Assembly (NCBI GenBank): GCA_963762255.1
Contig: CAVXKA010000001.1
Location: 1,280,001-1,344,000, forward strand
Direction: 5' to 3'
DNA from: Candidatus Eiseniibacteriota bacterium
GTDB taxonomy: Bacteria; Eisenbacteria; RBG-16-71-46; JABDJR01
Length of the DNA: 64,000 bases
Every line of letters starts with the position of its first letter. The first letter of the stretch is position 1. The translations under genes were made by a program, and so were the position numbers. Below, in pieces: positions 19,272 through 28,591 of this stretch. The notes beneath the pieces are model-generated. The model worked only from the letters and a program-made list of their open reading frames with translations, made no database searches and was not told where the DNA came from.

Positions 19272-20138
19272 TCAGGTCGCCAGCATCAATCGCAGCATCG
19301 AATGGCGCCGAAACCCCACGTTCTCGTAGGCGCGGAGCGCGGGGGTGTTCGCCGCGTTCACATGGAGCGCCATCATTTGCAGCCCCTCGCCGAATAAGCG
19401 CCGCGCCCAACTGGCGATGCCACGCGCGGCATAGCCGCGACCGCGATGCATCGGGTCGGTGAACACGCCGCCGACCAGGATGCCGTCCTCGGCGCAGCCC
19501 GACTCTTCGGTCTTGAACACCAGGCGCCCGCTCTCGGTGATCACCCAGATCTTGCGTTGCGCGATGCGTTGGCGGGAGAGCTGGCGCAGTCGCTCCATGT
19601 CGAGCCGCGCGCGAGGAATGAGAAGATCCTCCTCGGTCATGGCTGCATGGGCCATCGCCACCGCGTCCAGATCGCCGGTTTGCGCGGGGCGGACATCGAT
19701 TTCCTCGAGCGGCGCGAGCCACTCCGGCAGCAACACGTAGTACGCCTGATCGCGGTCCAGGAAGGGGGATGCGCCGGTCTTGGCGAACGCTCCGCGAACG
19801 AGACCGGCGTGCTCGGCGGGGCCCACGAAGAGACGGGGGCTGCCCGGGTTCTGCAGCCCGCGCTGCAGCGCCGGCCCGACGTGCTCGGGGCTCCCCCACG
19901 AGGTCAGATTGCGCGCGTTGCCCATGAAGACCACCGCCGCGATCTCCCCCCCGCACCGGGTACCGATGAAGCGGCCGTGCCCCATGTGCGCGGTCGGCGA
20001 GATGCCGAACTCGTGGATGAGGCCCCGCAGATAGAGCGTCGCGGCGTGATCCTGCTCGAGAAGTGCGGTCAGCGCCGGGCGATCCTCCTCCACAAGAAGG
20101 CTGACATGGGGCCCGTGCGTGGGTGACACTCCTGTCAT
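19272..20138 (-). CDS. GNAT acetyltransferase
   Basis: VGGVFTDPMHRGRGYA and LHVNAANTPALRAYENVGF. Start uncertain. Confidence 0.85.
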   Translation of the reverse strand: MTGVSPTHGPHVSLLVEEDRPALTALLEQDHAATLYLRGLIHEFGISPTAHMGHGRFIGTRCGGEIAAVVFMGNARNLTSWGSPEHVGPALQRGLQNPGSPRLFVGPAEHAGLVRGAFAKTGASPFLDRDQAYYVLLPEWLAPLEEIDVRPAQTGDLDAVAMAHAAMTEEDLLIPRARLDMERLRQLSRQRIAQRKIWVITESGRLVFKTEESGCAEDGILVGGVFTDPMHRGRGYAARGIASWARRLFGEGLQMMALHVNAANTPALRAYENVGFRRHSMLRLMLAT

Positions 20139-21411
20139 GAAGATCCTCCCTATCGACCCCGAGCATATCAGGGGTCCGCGCGCTTCGGAATTCCCGCTGT
20201 CACTTCGGACGCTCGCCACGCCCGCGCTTCTGGTCGACTCGGCGCGGCTGGAGCATAACCTCGCCGCGATGCAGCGCCTGGCGGAGGAATGCGGTGTTCG
20301 ACTGCGCCCGCACGCCAAGAGCCACAAGTCGCTCACGGTGGGTCGGCGGCAACTCGAGCATGGGGCCGCGGGTCTTTGTGTCGCCAAGATCGGCGAGGCG
20401 GCGGTTTTCGCCGACGCCGGCTTCGAGGATCTGCTGCTGGCATATCCCACTGTGGGCTGGCGCGCCGAGGCCGTGGCGGAACTCGCCGAGCGTCACCCGC
20501 GTTTGCGGCTTGCAGTGGCGATCGACTCGGCCGACGGCGTGAGGGACCTGGCGCGAGCGGTGGCGGAGCACGGCGTCACCCTCACGGTGTGGATCAAGAT
20601 CGACAGCGGGCTCCATCGCGCCGGGCTTGCGCCTGAGGATCCTTCGCTCATCGACATGGCGAGGCTGGTGCACCTGAACTCGGGTCTCCGGCTGCGCGGA
20701 CTTCTCACCCACGGCGGACAGGTGTATCGCGCACAGCCGAGCGATGTGGCGGCGATCGGTCGCATGGAAGGCGAGTCGATGGTGCGCGCGGCGGAGCGGT
20801 TGGCCGAAGCGGGCTTGGGCCCGGTTGAGGTCGGGCTGGGCGCGACGCCGTCGATCGCTTGGGCAGCGCGAGTGCCCGGCGTGCACGAGATCCATCCCGG
20901 CGTGTACGTGTTCGGGGATCGTCAGCAAGTAGCCTTGGGGGGGACGCGCGCGTCCGACGTTTCTTTGAGCGTGTTGGCAACGGTTGTCAGCCGCCCGGCG
21001 CCGGGACGATGGATTGTGGACGCGGGGTCGAAGACGCTGTCGAGCGATCGCGGTGCGCACGGGAGCGAGTTGATCCGTGGTTTCGGAGCGGTGCAGCGAG
21101 TGGAAGAGCACGCGGGGGCTGTTTCAGCGGGTGAGGGGGATGCATGGGGTGCGGGCGATGGTGCGCGTGCCGAGACCGCGGCGTGGGCGCGGACGGATGC
21201 CCCGGTGCTGGCGCGCTTGTCGGAGGAGCACGGCGTCATCGAGGACGACCGCGACTGGGGTTGGGCGCCTGGAGATCTCGTGGAGATCATTCCCAATCAC
21301 GCGTGCCCGGTGGTGAACCTCGCCGAGTACCTATACGTGACGGAGGGTGCGGGCGCAGAACGACAGGTGGTTGCGATGTGGCCGGTGGAGGCGCGGGGGA
21401 GGGTGCAGTGA
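20137..21411 (+). CDS. PLP-dependent D-threonine aldolase / D-serine dehydratase-like enzyme (alanine racemase fold)
   Basis: TPALLVD, LRPHAKSHK, DAGSKTLSSD, LSEEHG, PNHACPVVNL. Start uncertain. Confidence 0.9.
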   Translation: MKILPIDPEHIRGPRASEFPLSLRTLATPALLVDSARLEHNLAAMQRLAEECGVRLRPHAKSHKSLTVGRRQLEHGAAGLCVAKIGEAAVFADAGFEDLLLAYPTVGWRAEAVAELAERHPRLRLAVAIDSADGVRDLARAVAEHGVTLTVWIKIDSGLHRAGLAPEDPSLIDMARLVHLNSGLRLRGLLTHGGQVYRAQPSDVAAIGRMEGESMVRAAERLAEAGLGPVEVGLGATPSIAWAARVPGVHEIHPGVYVFGDRQQVALGGTRASDVSLSVLATVVSRPAPGRWIVDAGSKTLSSDRGAHGSELIRGFGAVQRVEEHAGAVSAGEGDAWGAGDGARAETAAWARTDAPVLARLSEEHGVIEDDRDWGWAPGDLVEIIPNHACPVVNLAEYLYVTEGAGAERQVVAMWPVEARGRVQ

Positions 21412-21468
21412 AGGGGCGGCGCTCGCGAACCCGCACTCAATTTTGTTGACGGTTCGTGCAGTTTTTTG

Positions 21469-21496
21469 TTGACCTATCCGCATGAATCACTATACT
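21469..21496 (+). promoter_or_regulatory. Sigma70-like promoter of the HNH gene
   Basis: TTGACC-16 nt-TATACT in an AT-rich patch. TTTTGTTGAC occurs twice (21441, 21464). Confidence 0.55.
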
Positions 21497-21543
21497 GGTG
21501 TTTAGCTGACCTCCCGTCCTTCCCCCGTCCACGGAGGGACGAC

Positions 21544-22659
21544 ATGCCTGCCTATCGACCGAAGCAGTCCGCGCGCGAGGTGGATGCGGAGCTTCGCCGC
21601 TCACTCTCTGAGCTGGAGACCGCCCAGCGCAACGCTGTGCTCTGGTTTGCGGATGTCCTGAAACGTCGGCTCTATGAGGAGCTGGGCTGTTCCTCGATCC
21701 ACCAGTACGCCGCAGAGCGGCTCGGGTTCTCGCCCGCGCGCACGTCGCAGTTCCTGGAGTTGGCGCGGGCTCTGGAGTCGTTGCCCGCGCTGCGGCGCTC
21801 GCTCGCACGCGGTGAGGTGGCGTGGACCAAGGCGCGGACGGTGGTGAAGGTGGCCACTCCCAAGACGGATGCGTTCTGGGCGGAGCAGGCACGCACGACC
21901 ACCCGGCGCGAGCTGGAGCACAGGGTCGCGGTGGTCCGGGCGCGCGCGAAGGAACGTGCGGGTGGCACGGAGTCAGCGGGCGAGTTGTTCGGGGGCGAGG
22001 ACTCGGCCGTTGCCGTGATGGCGACGGAAGTCCCGGTAGACGTTCGGCTCCGCTTCACGCCGGAGCAGTACGCCCGGTACGAGGCGCTCATGGAGGCGGC
22101 GACCATGGGCGGTCGCACGCAATCCCGCGAGGAAACGCTGCTCGCGGCTCTGGAGTCGCTCGCTGCGGGTGGCGGCGATTTCACCCGGGTAAAATCCGCG
22201 AGCGCATCCGAGCCCGAACCCGGCCCCGCATCGTCGACCCGACCCGCGGCGTCACCCGCTCCGGCGACCGCCCCACGCTATCACGTCACCGTCCACCAGT
22301 GCCCGGACTGCGGCAAAGCAGAGGTCGTCACCAACGGCGGCAACCGACCCGTGGCGTTGCCGGAGCTTCAGGCCATCCTCTGCGACGCCAGGATCCAGCG
22401 ACCGGGGGAGAGGAACACCGCAACCATTCCCCCGGCGCGAAGACGGGAGGTGCTCGCGCGTGACGGCCACCGCTGCCGCGGGCGCGGATGCGGAGGAACG
22501 CGGTTCCTCGACGTGCACCACGTCGTGCCCCGCGACCACGGTGGAACCAACGATCCGGAGAACCTAATCACCCTTTGCGCGCCGTGCCATCGGTTGATTC
22601 ACCGAGGGAAGGCGATCGATCTGCGGGCCGTAAAGGCGGAAGATCGGGGGCGCGGCTGA
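21544..22659 (+). CDS. HNH endonuclease domain protein (DUF222-like N-terminus)
   Basis: GGAGG RBS. RREVLARDGHRCRGRGCGGTRFLDVHHV...GGTNDPENLITLCAPCHRLIH and an upstream CPDC. Confidence 0.88.
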   Translation: MPAYRPKQSAREVDAELRRSLSELETAQRNAVLWFADVLKRRLYEELGCSSIHQYAAERLGFSPARTSQFLELARALESLPALRRSLARGEVAWTKARTVVKVATPKTDAFWAEQARTTTRRELEHRVAVVRARAKERAGGTESAGELFGGEDSAVAVMATEVPVDVRLRFTPEQYARYEALMEAATMGGRTQSREETLLAALESLAAGGGDFTRVKSASASEPEPGPASSTRPAASPAPATAPRYHVTVHQCPDCGKAEVVTNGGNRPVALPELQAILCDARIQRPGERNTATIPPARRREVLARDGHRCRGRGCGGTRFLDVHHVVPRDHGGTNDPENLITLCAPCHRLIHRGKAIDLRAVKAEDRGRG

Positions 22660-22725
22660 CGGCCGGGCGGACTGACAGGCGGCCGGGAGAGATTCGACGC
22701 GCGCGCGACGCCAGCAAAACCGCCC

Positions 22726-23674
22726 CTACGTCTCCGGCGGCGCCTCAGCAACAGGCGGCGCGGGCTCCGGCGACGGCTGCGGCGGCGCGGCGCGACGCAC
22801 CCTCGCCAGCGGCGCGCTCCCCAGGGATTCGATCTCTTCGCCGCCATCGATCACGTAGTGCGCGAGCGCCTCGCGGCCGCGAATCTCCAGATAGCCGAGG
22901 TTGCCCCCATACTGGTCGGCGATTCCAATGTCGATGTTGATGCGCACGTCCGTCCGACGTCCGCCGGAACCGCGCGCCCTGATAGCCCTCCGGCGTGTGG
23001 CCGAGCACCTGGTGAATACGCGGGGCGCGGGCCGGGGCGAGCATCTCCACGTCGAAGTCGGACCAGAAGATGCCGCCGGTCGCATGATCTCCGCCTCGAG
23101 CCTCGCCCACCTTGAAGATCGGGTCCGAGAAGTCCCCGCTCTCCACCGCCCGCTTCAACGAAGCGTTGAGGTGCGCGGCCAGGCGCGTGATGCTGAAGCG
23201 CGATCGCGCTTCACCGGTCTGCATCGCCGCACGCAGGCTCTGGAGCAAGTCGTAGTGAACGCCGGCGTGGGTGAAGAGCCACCCCGCGTGGGCGAAGGCT
23301 GCCTGCACGCGTCCCGCGATGACGTCGGCGCGGATGCGCTCGGCGAGCTTCTCCGGTTCCGGAAAGTCCGCGAGCTGGAAATACCCCTCAAGGAGAGCGA
23401 CCTCGTGGTTACCCAGGAGCCGCACCACACGCCCCTTGCCCTTTCGCGCGCGCGACTGGAGATCGGTCAGAAACTCGTAGGTGGCGATCGAATCGGGGCC
23501 GCGGTCGATGACGTCGCCGAGCTGCACGAGGATCGCGCGGCCGCCTCGCCACGAGTCGCCCTCGATGAGTCCCGCGTGAGAGAGGATGGCGCGGAACGCA
23601 TCGAGGCTTCCGTGCAAGTCGCCGAGGATCACGGTGCGAAGCGGATCGCGACGGGGGGCCATCGCGGACAGCAT
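22726..23674 (-). CDS. Calcineurin-like metallophosphoesterase (frameshift near 22946)
   Basis: GDLHG, GDVIDRG, LGNHE, HAG and GHT motifs. The C-terminus RINIDIGI continues in another frame. Confidence 0.85.
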
Positions 23675-23872
23675 GACCGCGGATTCGCGAATCGGCAACC
23701 GGAAAGCGCGACGGTGGGTGAAACGCAGGGTTCATGATCCGCGCGGTGGGCTTGGGGGTCGGACCCGCTTGCACTACAATCGGCGCGCAGGGATCGAGCA
23801 CGGCATGGCATCGCACGCGCGAGCCGGGCGCGCCGCACGGTGTGGTGTGCGGAGCGTATCGGCGGAGGAAAC

Positions 23873-24229
23873 ATGGACGACAGGGTGTTCGAGCGCATCG
23901 TGCGACAAGCGGTGGATGGCCTTCCGGCGAAGTTCAAGGACGCGCTCGAGAACATCGACATCGTTATCGAGGACTTCCCGGACCCCGACGAGATGGACGA
24001 CATGGGGATCGACGAACCGCTCCTCGGTCTCTACCAGGGCACGCCGCTCCGGAGCGCGGACTCGGCGAGACCGATCTCCCCGACAAGATCTCGCTCTACA
24101 GAGGGCGAGTTCGAGCGCATGGGGATCCGCGGCAAGGAGCTGATCGAAGAGATTCGCATCACGGTGCTGCACGAGATCGGCCACTACTTCGGGCTCGAGG
24201 ACGACGAGATGGAGAGGATGGGGTACTGA
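23873..24229 (+). CDS. Zincin-like metallopeptidase (DUF1025-type), with compensating frameshifts
   Basis: LLGLYQGTPL and ITVLHEIGHYFGL. The expected LPDKISLYR lies in a neighbouring frame. Confidence 0.85.
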   Translation: MDDRVFERIVRQAVDGLPAKFKDALENIDIVIEDFPDPDEMDDMGIDEPLLGLYQGTPLRSADSARPISPTRSRSTEGEFERMGIRGKELIEEIRITVLHEIGHYFGLEDDEMERMGY

Positions 24230-25128
24230 TGGCACACGCCGACGAACCCGCGCCCGCCGCCCCGCGCCCGTCCCCGCGCCCGGCATCGTGCGCCTGGCCG
24301 CGGTGCAGATGGAGCCACGGATCGGGGAAACCGCGCGCAATGTCGATGCCTGCATCGACTGGATGACGCGCGCCGCGGGTGAAGGCGCGCGCCTCGTCGC
24401 GTTCCCCGAATGCACGCTCACCGGGTATTGTTTTCGCGATCGGGACGAAGCGTGGGAGGCCGCACTGGAGCGCGACGGGGAGGCGCTGCGACGCCTGACC
24501 CAGGCCGCCGCCGACTCTCGACGTGCACGTGGCAGTGGGATATCTCGAACGCGTCGGCGGGCGCATCGCCAACTCCGCGTCCATCGTCGGACCGACCGGT
24601 CTCGTCGCGCACTATCGCAAGACGCACCTGCCGTACCTTGGCGTGGACCGCTGGGTCGATCCCGGCTGCGAACCCTTCACCGTGCATGAAGCGGCGGGAC
24701 TGCGCGTGGGGCTCCTCATCTGCTACGACGCTTCGTTTCCGGAGGCGACTCGTGCGCTCGCGCTGAACGGCGCCGACCTCGTGCTCCTTCCCACGAACTG
24801 GCCCGAAGAAGCGGTGGCCAAGGCGGACTGGCTCCCCAACACCCGCGCGTACGAGAACGTCATCTACTTCGCGGCGGTGAATCGTGTGGGCATCGAGCGC
24901 GGGTACGCGTTCCACGGCAAGAGCCGCGTGTGCGGGCCGACCGGCGAGACGCTGGCGCAGGGTCCCGCGGACACCGAGGCGATGCTCCTCGCCGACATCG
25001 ACCCCGTGCGCGCGCGCACGAAGAAGATCGTGCGAAGGGAAGGGGAGTACTGGGTGGATCGCATCGGGCAGCGCCGCGAGGATCTCTACCGGATGAGCGC
25101 GCCGGCCCCGGAGGAGCCCGGGTCATGA
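24229..25128 (+). CDS. Carbon-nitrogen hydrolase (nitrilase superfamily), frameshifted
   Basis: E-K-C triad motifs FPECTLTGY, YRKTHLP and ICYD, split across ORFs 24288 and 24523. Confidence 0.88.
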
Positions 25129-25156
25129 CCGCGCCGGCCTACGGGGGCCCTCAGCC

Positions 25157-26119
25157 TTGACCGGATCCGCTCGCGGCTACGCGCTGGCCGTGCTGTGCGC
25201 GATGGTCACCGGCGTCGCCTTCATCGCCGCCAAGCCGGTTCTCGGCTATCTCGATCCGCTCTCGTTCAGCATCAGCCAGTTCGGGCTCGCGTCGGTCGTT
25301 CTCGTTCGCGTGGCTCGCTGGCGCATCGAAACGTGCGCGATCTCCGCCGGGTGACTCCGGGGCAGTGGACGTTTCTCGTCGTCGTGTCGCTCCTCTTCCT
25401 GGGCGCGGTCTACACGACGTGGATCGCTATCTCGCTCATCCCCGTCACCTCGGCAAGTCTCCTCAGCCGCCTGGAAGTCCTGTTCACGGTCTTCCTGGGC
25501 ATGGCGTTTCTCGGCGATCGCTTCACCCGCCGCGAATCTCTGGGAGCGATCGTCATGCTCCTGGGTGTCGTGGTGATCCGCTATCAGGCGCCGCCGTCTT
25601 TCTCCGCCGGGTTCTGGATGATCGTGCTTGCGAGCGCTCTCTTCGGCGTCACCGAGGTGCTGGTCAAGACCCGTGTGCATGCCATTCCTCCCGACGTTCT
25701 TCACCTTCGCCCGCAACGGACTCGTCTTCGTGTTCTTCGCGCTGGGAGCGCTATGGCGAGTAGCCATGCGCGAACATGCAGGGTGGAGCGGGTTCGCCGA
25801 CTGGGAGGGCATCCGGCGCGGCTTCCCTCTCATCGTGATCGCGGCGCTGGTGGGGCCCTTTCTTGCCCGGACCCTCTATATGTATTCGCTGCGCCATCTC
25901 GCGGTGTCGCGAGCCGCGCTCATCGGTCAATCACAACCCCTCTTCGTCGCGATCTACTCTTCCATCCTGTTGCACGTGCTGCCCACCCGGCGCGAGTGGA
26001 TGGGAGGGCTGCTCATCCTGGGTGGCGCGCTCCTTCTCGTGCGGTGGCGTCGCGGTCTATCCTGGTGGCGGACCCTGCGAGGCCAAGGCGAGGGCGAGCC
26101 GGGCGAGGTGCTTTCATGA
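25157..26119 (+). CDS. DMT/EamA-family transporter, frameshifted
   Basis: TM-rich segments in three frames, with two EamA-like halves (ASLLSRLEVLFTVFLG...LGDRF and AALIGQSQPLFVAI). Confidence 0.78.
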
Positions 26120-26724
26120 TGTCGTACGTCAGTGCGATCGCATTCCCCGAGGCGAGCGGTCCCATCGTCGTCTCCGTTCTTGCCGGCGTGGCGCTCGCTG
26201 CCGCCGCCGGACTGCGCGCGTTTCTCCCGCTGCTGGTGGTGGGGTTGGCCTCCCGTTGGGGCTGGATCCACCTGAGCCCGGATTTCGCGTTCCTATCCAG
26301 CGGCGTTGCCCTGGGAGCTCTCGGCGTGGCCACCCTGGTCGAGCTCTTCGCCGACAAGATCCCTCTCGTCGATCATGTCCTCGACGTCGGGTCGACCTTC
26401 GTCCGCCCGGCGGCGGGGTTCGTGGCTGCCGCTGCGGTCATGGCCGATCTGCCCGGACCGGTCTCGATCGCGCTCGCGCTCTTCTTCTCGATGCTCTCGC
26501 TCGGCACCCACCTGGGCCGAGCCAAGGCGCGGGTCGGCTCCACCGTCACCACCGCGGGGTGCGCCAACCCGTTCCTCTCTGTGTTCGAGGACTTCGTGGC
26601 CGGCGCTCTGTCCCTTCTCGCCGTGCTCGCGCCGATCGTGGCGGTGGCGCTGGTCATTCTTGTGATCGTTCTCCTGGCGCGGTTGCTGCGGCGGCTAGGC
26701 CGTCGAACCCGCATGGCTCAGTGA
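26116..26724 (+). CDS. DUF4126-like membrane protein
   Basis: LAAAAGLRAFLPLL, VELFADKIPLVDHVLD, ANPFLSVFED. Confidence 0.82.
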   Translation: MMSYVSAIAFPEASGPIVVSVLAGVALAAAAGLRAFLPLLVVGLASRWGWIHLSPDFAFLSSGVALGALGVATLVELFADKIPLVDHVLDVGSTFVRPAAGFVAAAAVMADLPGPVSIALALFFSMLSLGTHLGRAKARVGSTVTTAGCANPFLSVFEDFVAGALSLLAVLAPIVAVALVILVIVLLARLLRRLGRRTRMAQ

Positions 26725-27447
26725 GCGCCGGACTCGTGTCGATCCTCTCGGGTCAACGTGCCGAGGAAGGCTGCGAGGGCGTCCGCCGCCTCCTCCCAGA
26801 GATCGAAGTCCTTCATGGATGTGCCCGGAATGATGCGCTGCGGGTCGAGAAGGAGAGCCCGAACGTACTCGGGCCGCCTCCTGGTGCTGACTTCGTCGAG
26901 CGCGGGGCCGATCCGTCGTCCTTCGCCGCGCTAGCTCGTGGCATCCCAGGCATTGGTACTGCCGGAAGAGACGCCGTCCCTCGATTGCCAGCGAGTCCGC
27001 CGTCGCCCCCACCGTTGGCGGTGACCATCCAGGCACGAGCACCGAGTCGATCTGACCTGCCAGAAAGGCGGCGAGATCGACCGCGTCGTCCCGTGAAAGG
27101 GTGGCGCGAGGCATGCGCAGATCGGGCAAGGCCCCCTCGGTCCGGTAGCGAAGCGGATACGGATCGAGAAGGTACTCGACCGTCCACGCCGTGTTCGCGC
27201 GACTCCCGGCGAGCGAGAGCGGCGGGGGCACGTTGATGCCGCCCACCGCTCTCGGTTCCGAGTGACAGCGGATGCAGTCGAGCTTGCGAAAGAGACGCTC
27301 ACCCTTGCGCGGATCGCCCGGGATCCCGGGAGCCGGCGGCACCGACCGCATTCGGTCGGTGCTGGTGCCCCACGGCCCCGAGATCAGGGCGACGGCCACG
27401 ATCAGGGCGAGAACGGCTGGTGTCGCAACCCGCCCGAAACGGCTCAT
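26718..27447 (-). CDS. Membrane-anchored di-heme c-type cytochrome, frameshifted near the 3' end
   Basis: N-terminal TM, CIRCH and CLGCH heme motifs, LRMP. DPQRIIPGTSM continues in another frame. Confidence 0.78.
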
Positions 27448-28060
27448 TCGTCGTGGTGGTCTTTCTCGGAACGCCTTACCGGTCTCGCTGTCGTGCTCTT
27501 CGTGCCCGCCCATCTTCTCGAGGTTCATGCCGCACTTGCCGCACTTCCCCGGATCCTCGCCCATCACGTCGGAATGCATGGGGCATGCATAGACCGTCGG
27601 TTCCGCGAGGGAGATGGCAGACTTGAACTCCACCGGCTTCTTGGCGAGACCTTCGACGGTGAAGGTCGCCTTCATGGCATTCTTGTCGGCCCCGGTGAAA
27701 TCGTGGGCGGCGACGAAGTAGCCCTGCGTGCGCCCGCGCGCGGCGTCAGGCTTCACGTAGGTCATCGGCATCGTCATGGACTTGCCGGTCTTTTCCTGCA
27801 AGGATCATCGATGCCTTCATGCCGTCGAGACTCGGGATCGGGATCTGCTTGCCGTCGTAGACGTAGAGTCGCGCCTCCTTCGGCGTGCACAGCAGCTCGA
27901 AGTGATGGGTAGGGGTCATCGTAACGGAGCCGCCGTGAAGCTCCGCCATCTCGTGGGAATGTCCCATTGCGGTTTCTTCCGCTACCGCCGGCCTCGCCGA
28001 GACCCCCAGTGCGATCATGCCGACCGCTGCGATGTTGAGTATCCAGGAGTTCGTCTTCAT
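27444..28060 (-). CDS. Periplasmic His/Met-rich heavy-metal-binding domain protein, frameshifted
   Basis: Signal peptide, MGHSHEM, HGG, and YACPMHSDV...GKCGKCGMNL. The likely true end is ...KDHHDE*, overlapping the next ATG. Confidence 0.78.
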
Positions 28061-28097
28061 GATTCTTTCTTCCTTTCGAGTTGAGTGAACCGAACGA

Positions 28098-28557
28098 TCA
28101 AAATGTCCACACCCTTCCCCAACCGAACACGACCCAGCCGCCGTAATGGCCGGCCAGCCCCGCGAGCGCCGCGGCGAGGTAGTAGAGGATCCGGTAGACC
28201 CGGAGTCGGCCCCGGACTGGCCCCGGGTTTCCGGTTACCCCTCCGGCGACCAACGCCGCCAGAGCCACCGTCCCGGTGGCAAGGCCAAGAATCCGATGAA
28301 CGCGGGCCACTTCAAGGGTTCGGCCCTGAAAGTCCGACGGATGAAACAGAAGGAGGCCGGAGAGCGCGGCGGCGACGGCGCCAAGCACTCCAAACAGCAA
28401 GCAAGACGCGCGCGGGCTCGGATCGAAGCGCGCCGCCGCGGGCGGTCTGCCACGCCTCGAGCGCGGCCCCGGTCAGGATAAGCGCGACCGGGAAGTGAAC
28501 CAGGGCGGGGTGGAAGTGGCCGACCATGTTCCGGATCGTGCTCAGAAGCTCTGTCAT
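28098..28557 (-). CDS. DUF2231-like membrane protein, frameshifted
   Basis: HFHPALVHFPVAL followed, in another frame, by AGHYGGWVVFG. Confidence 0.75.
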
Positions 28558-28591
28558 GACCGACTTCCTCCCCGGTGCCCGTCTGCGCGCA

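Noticed and set aside
26695-27801. Apparent metal-binding domain/cytochrome c fusion (368 aa)
   Set aside because: One extra base near 27470 explains it. The alternative frame ends KDHHDE* overlapping the cytochrome ATG.
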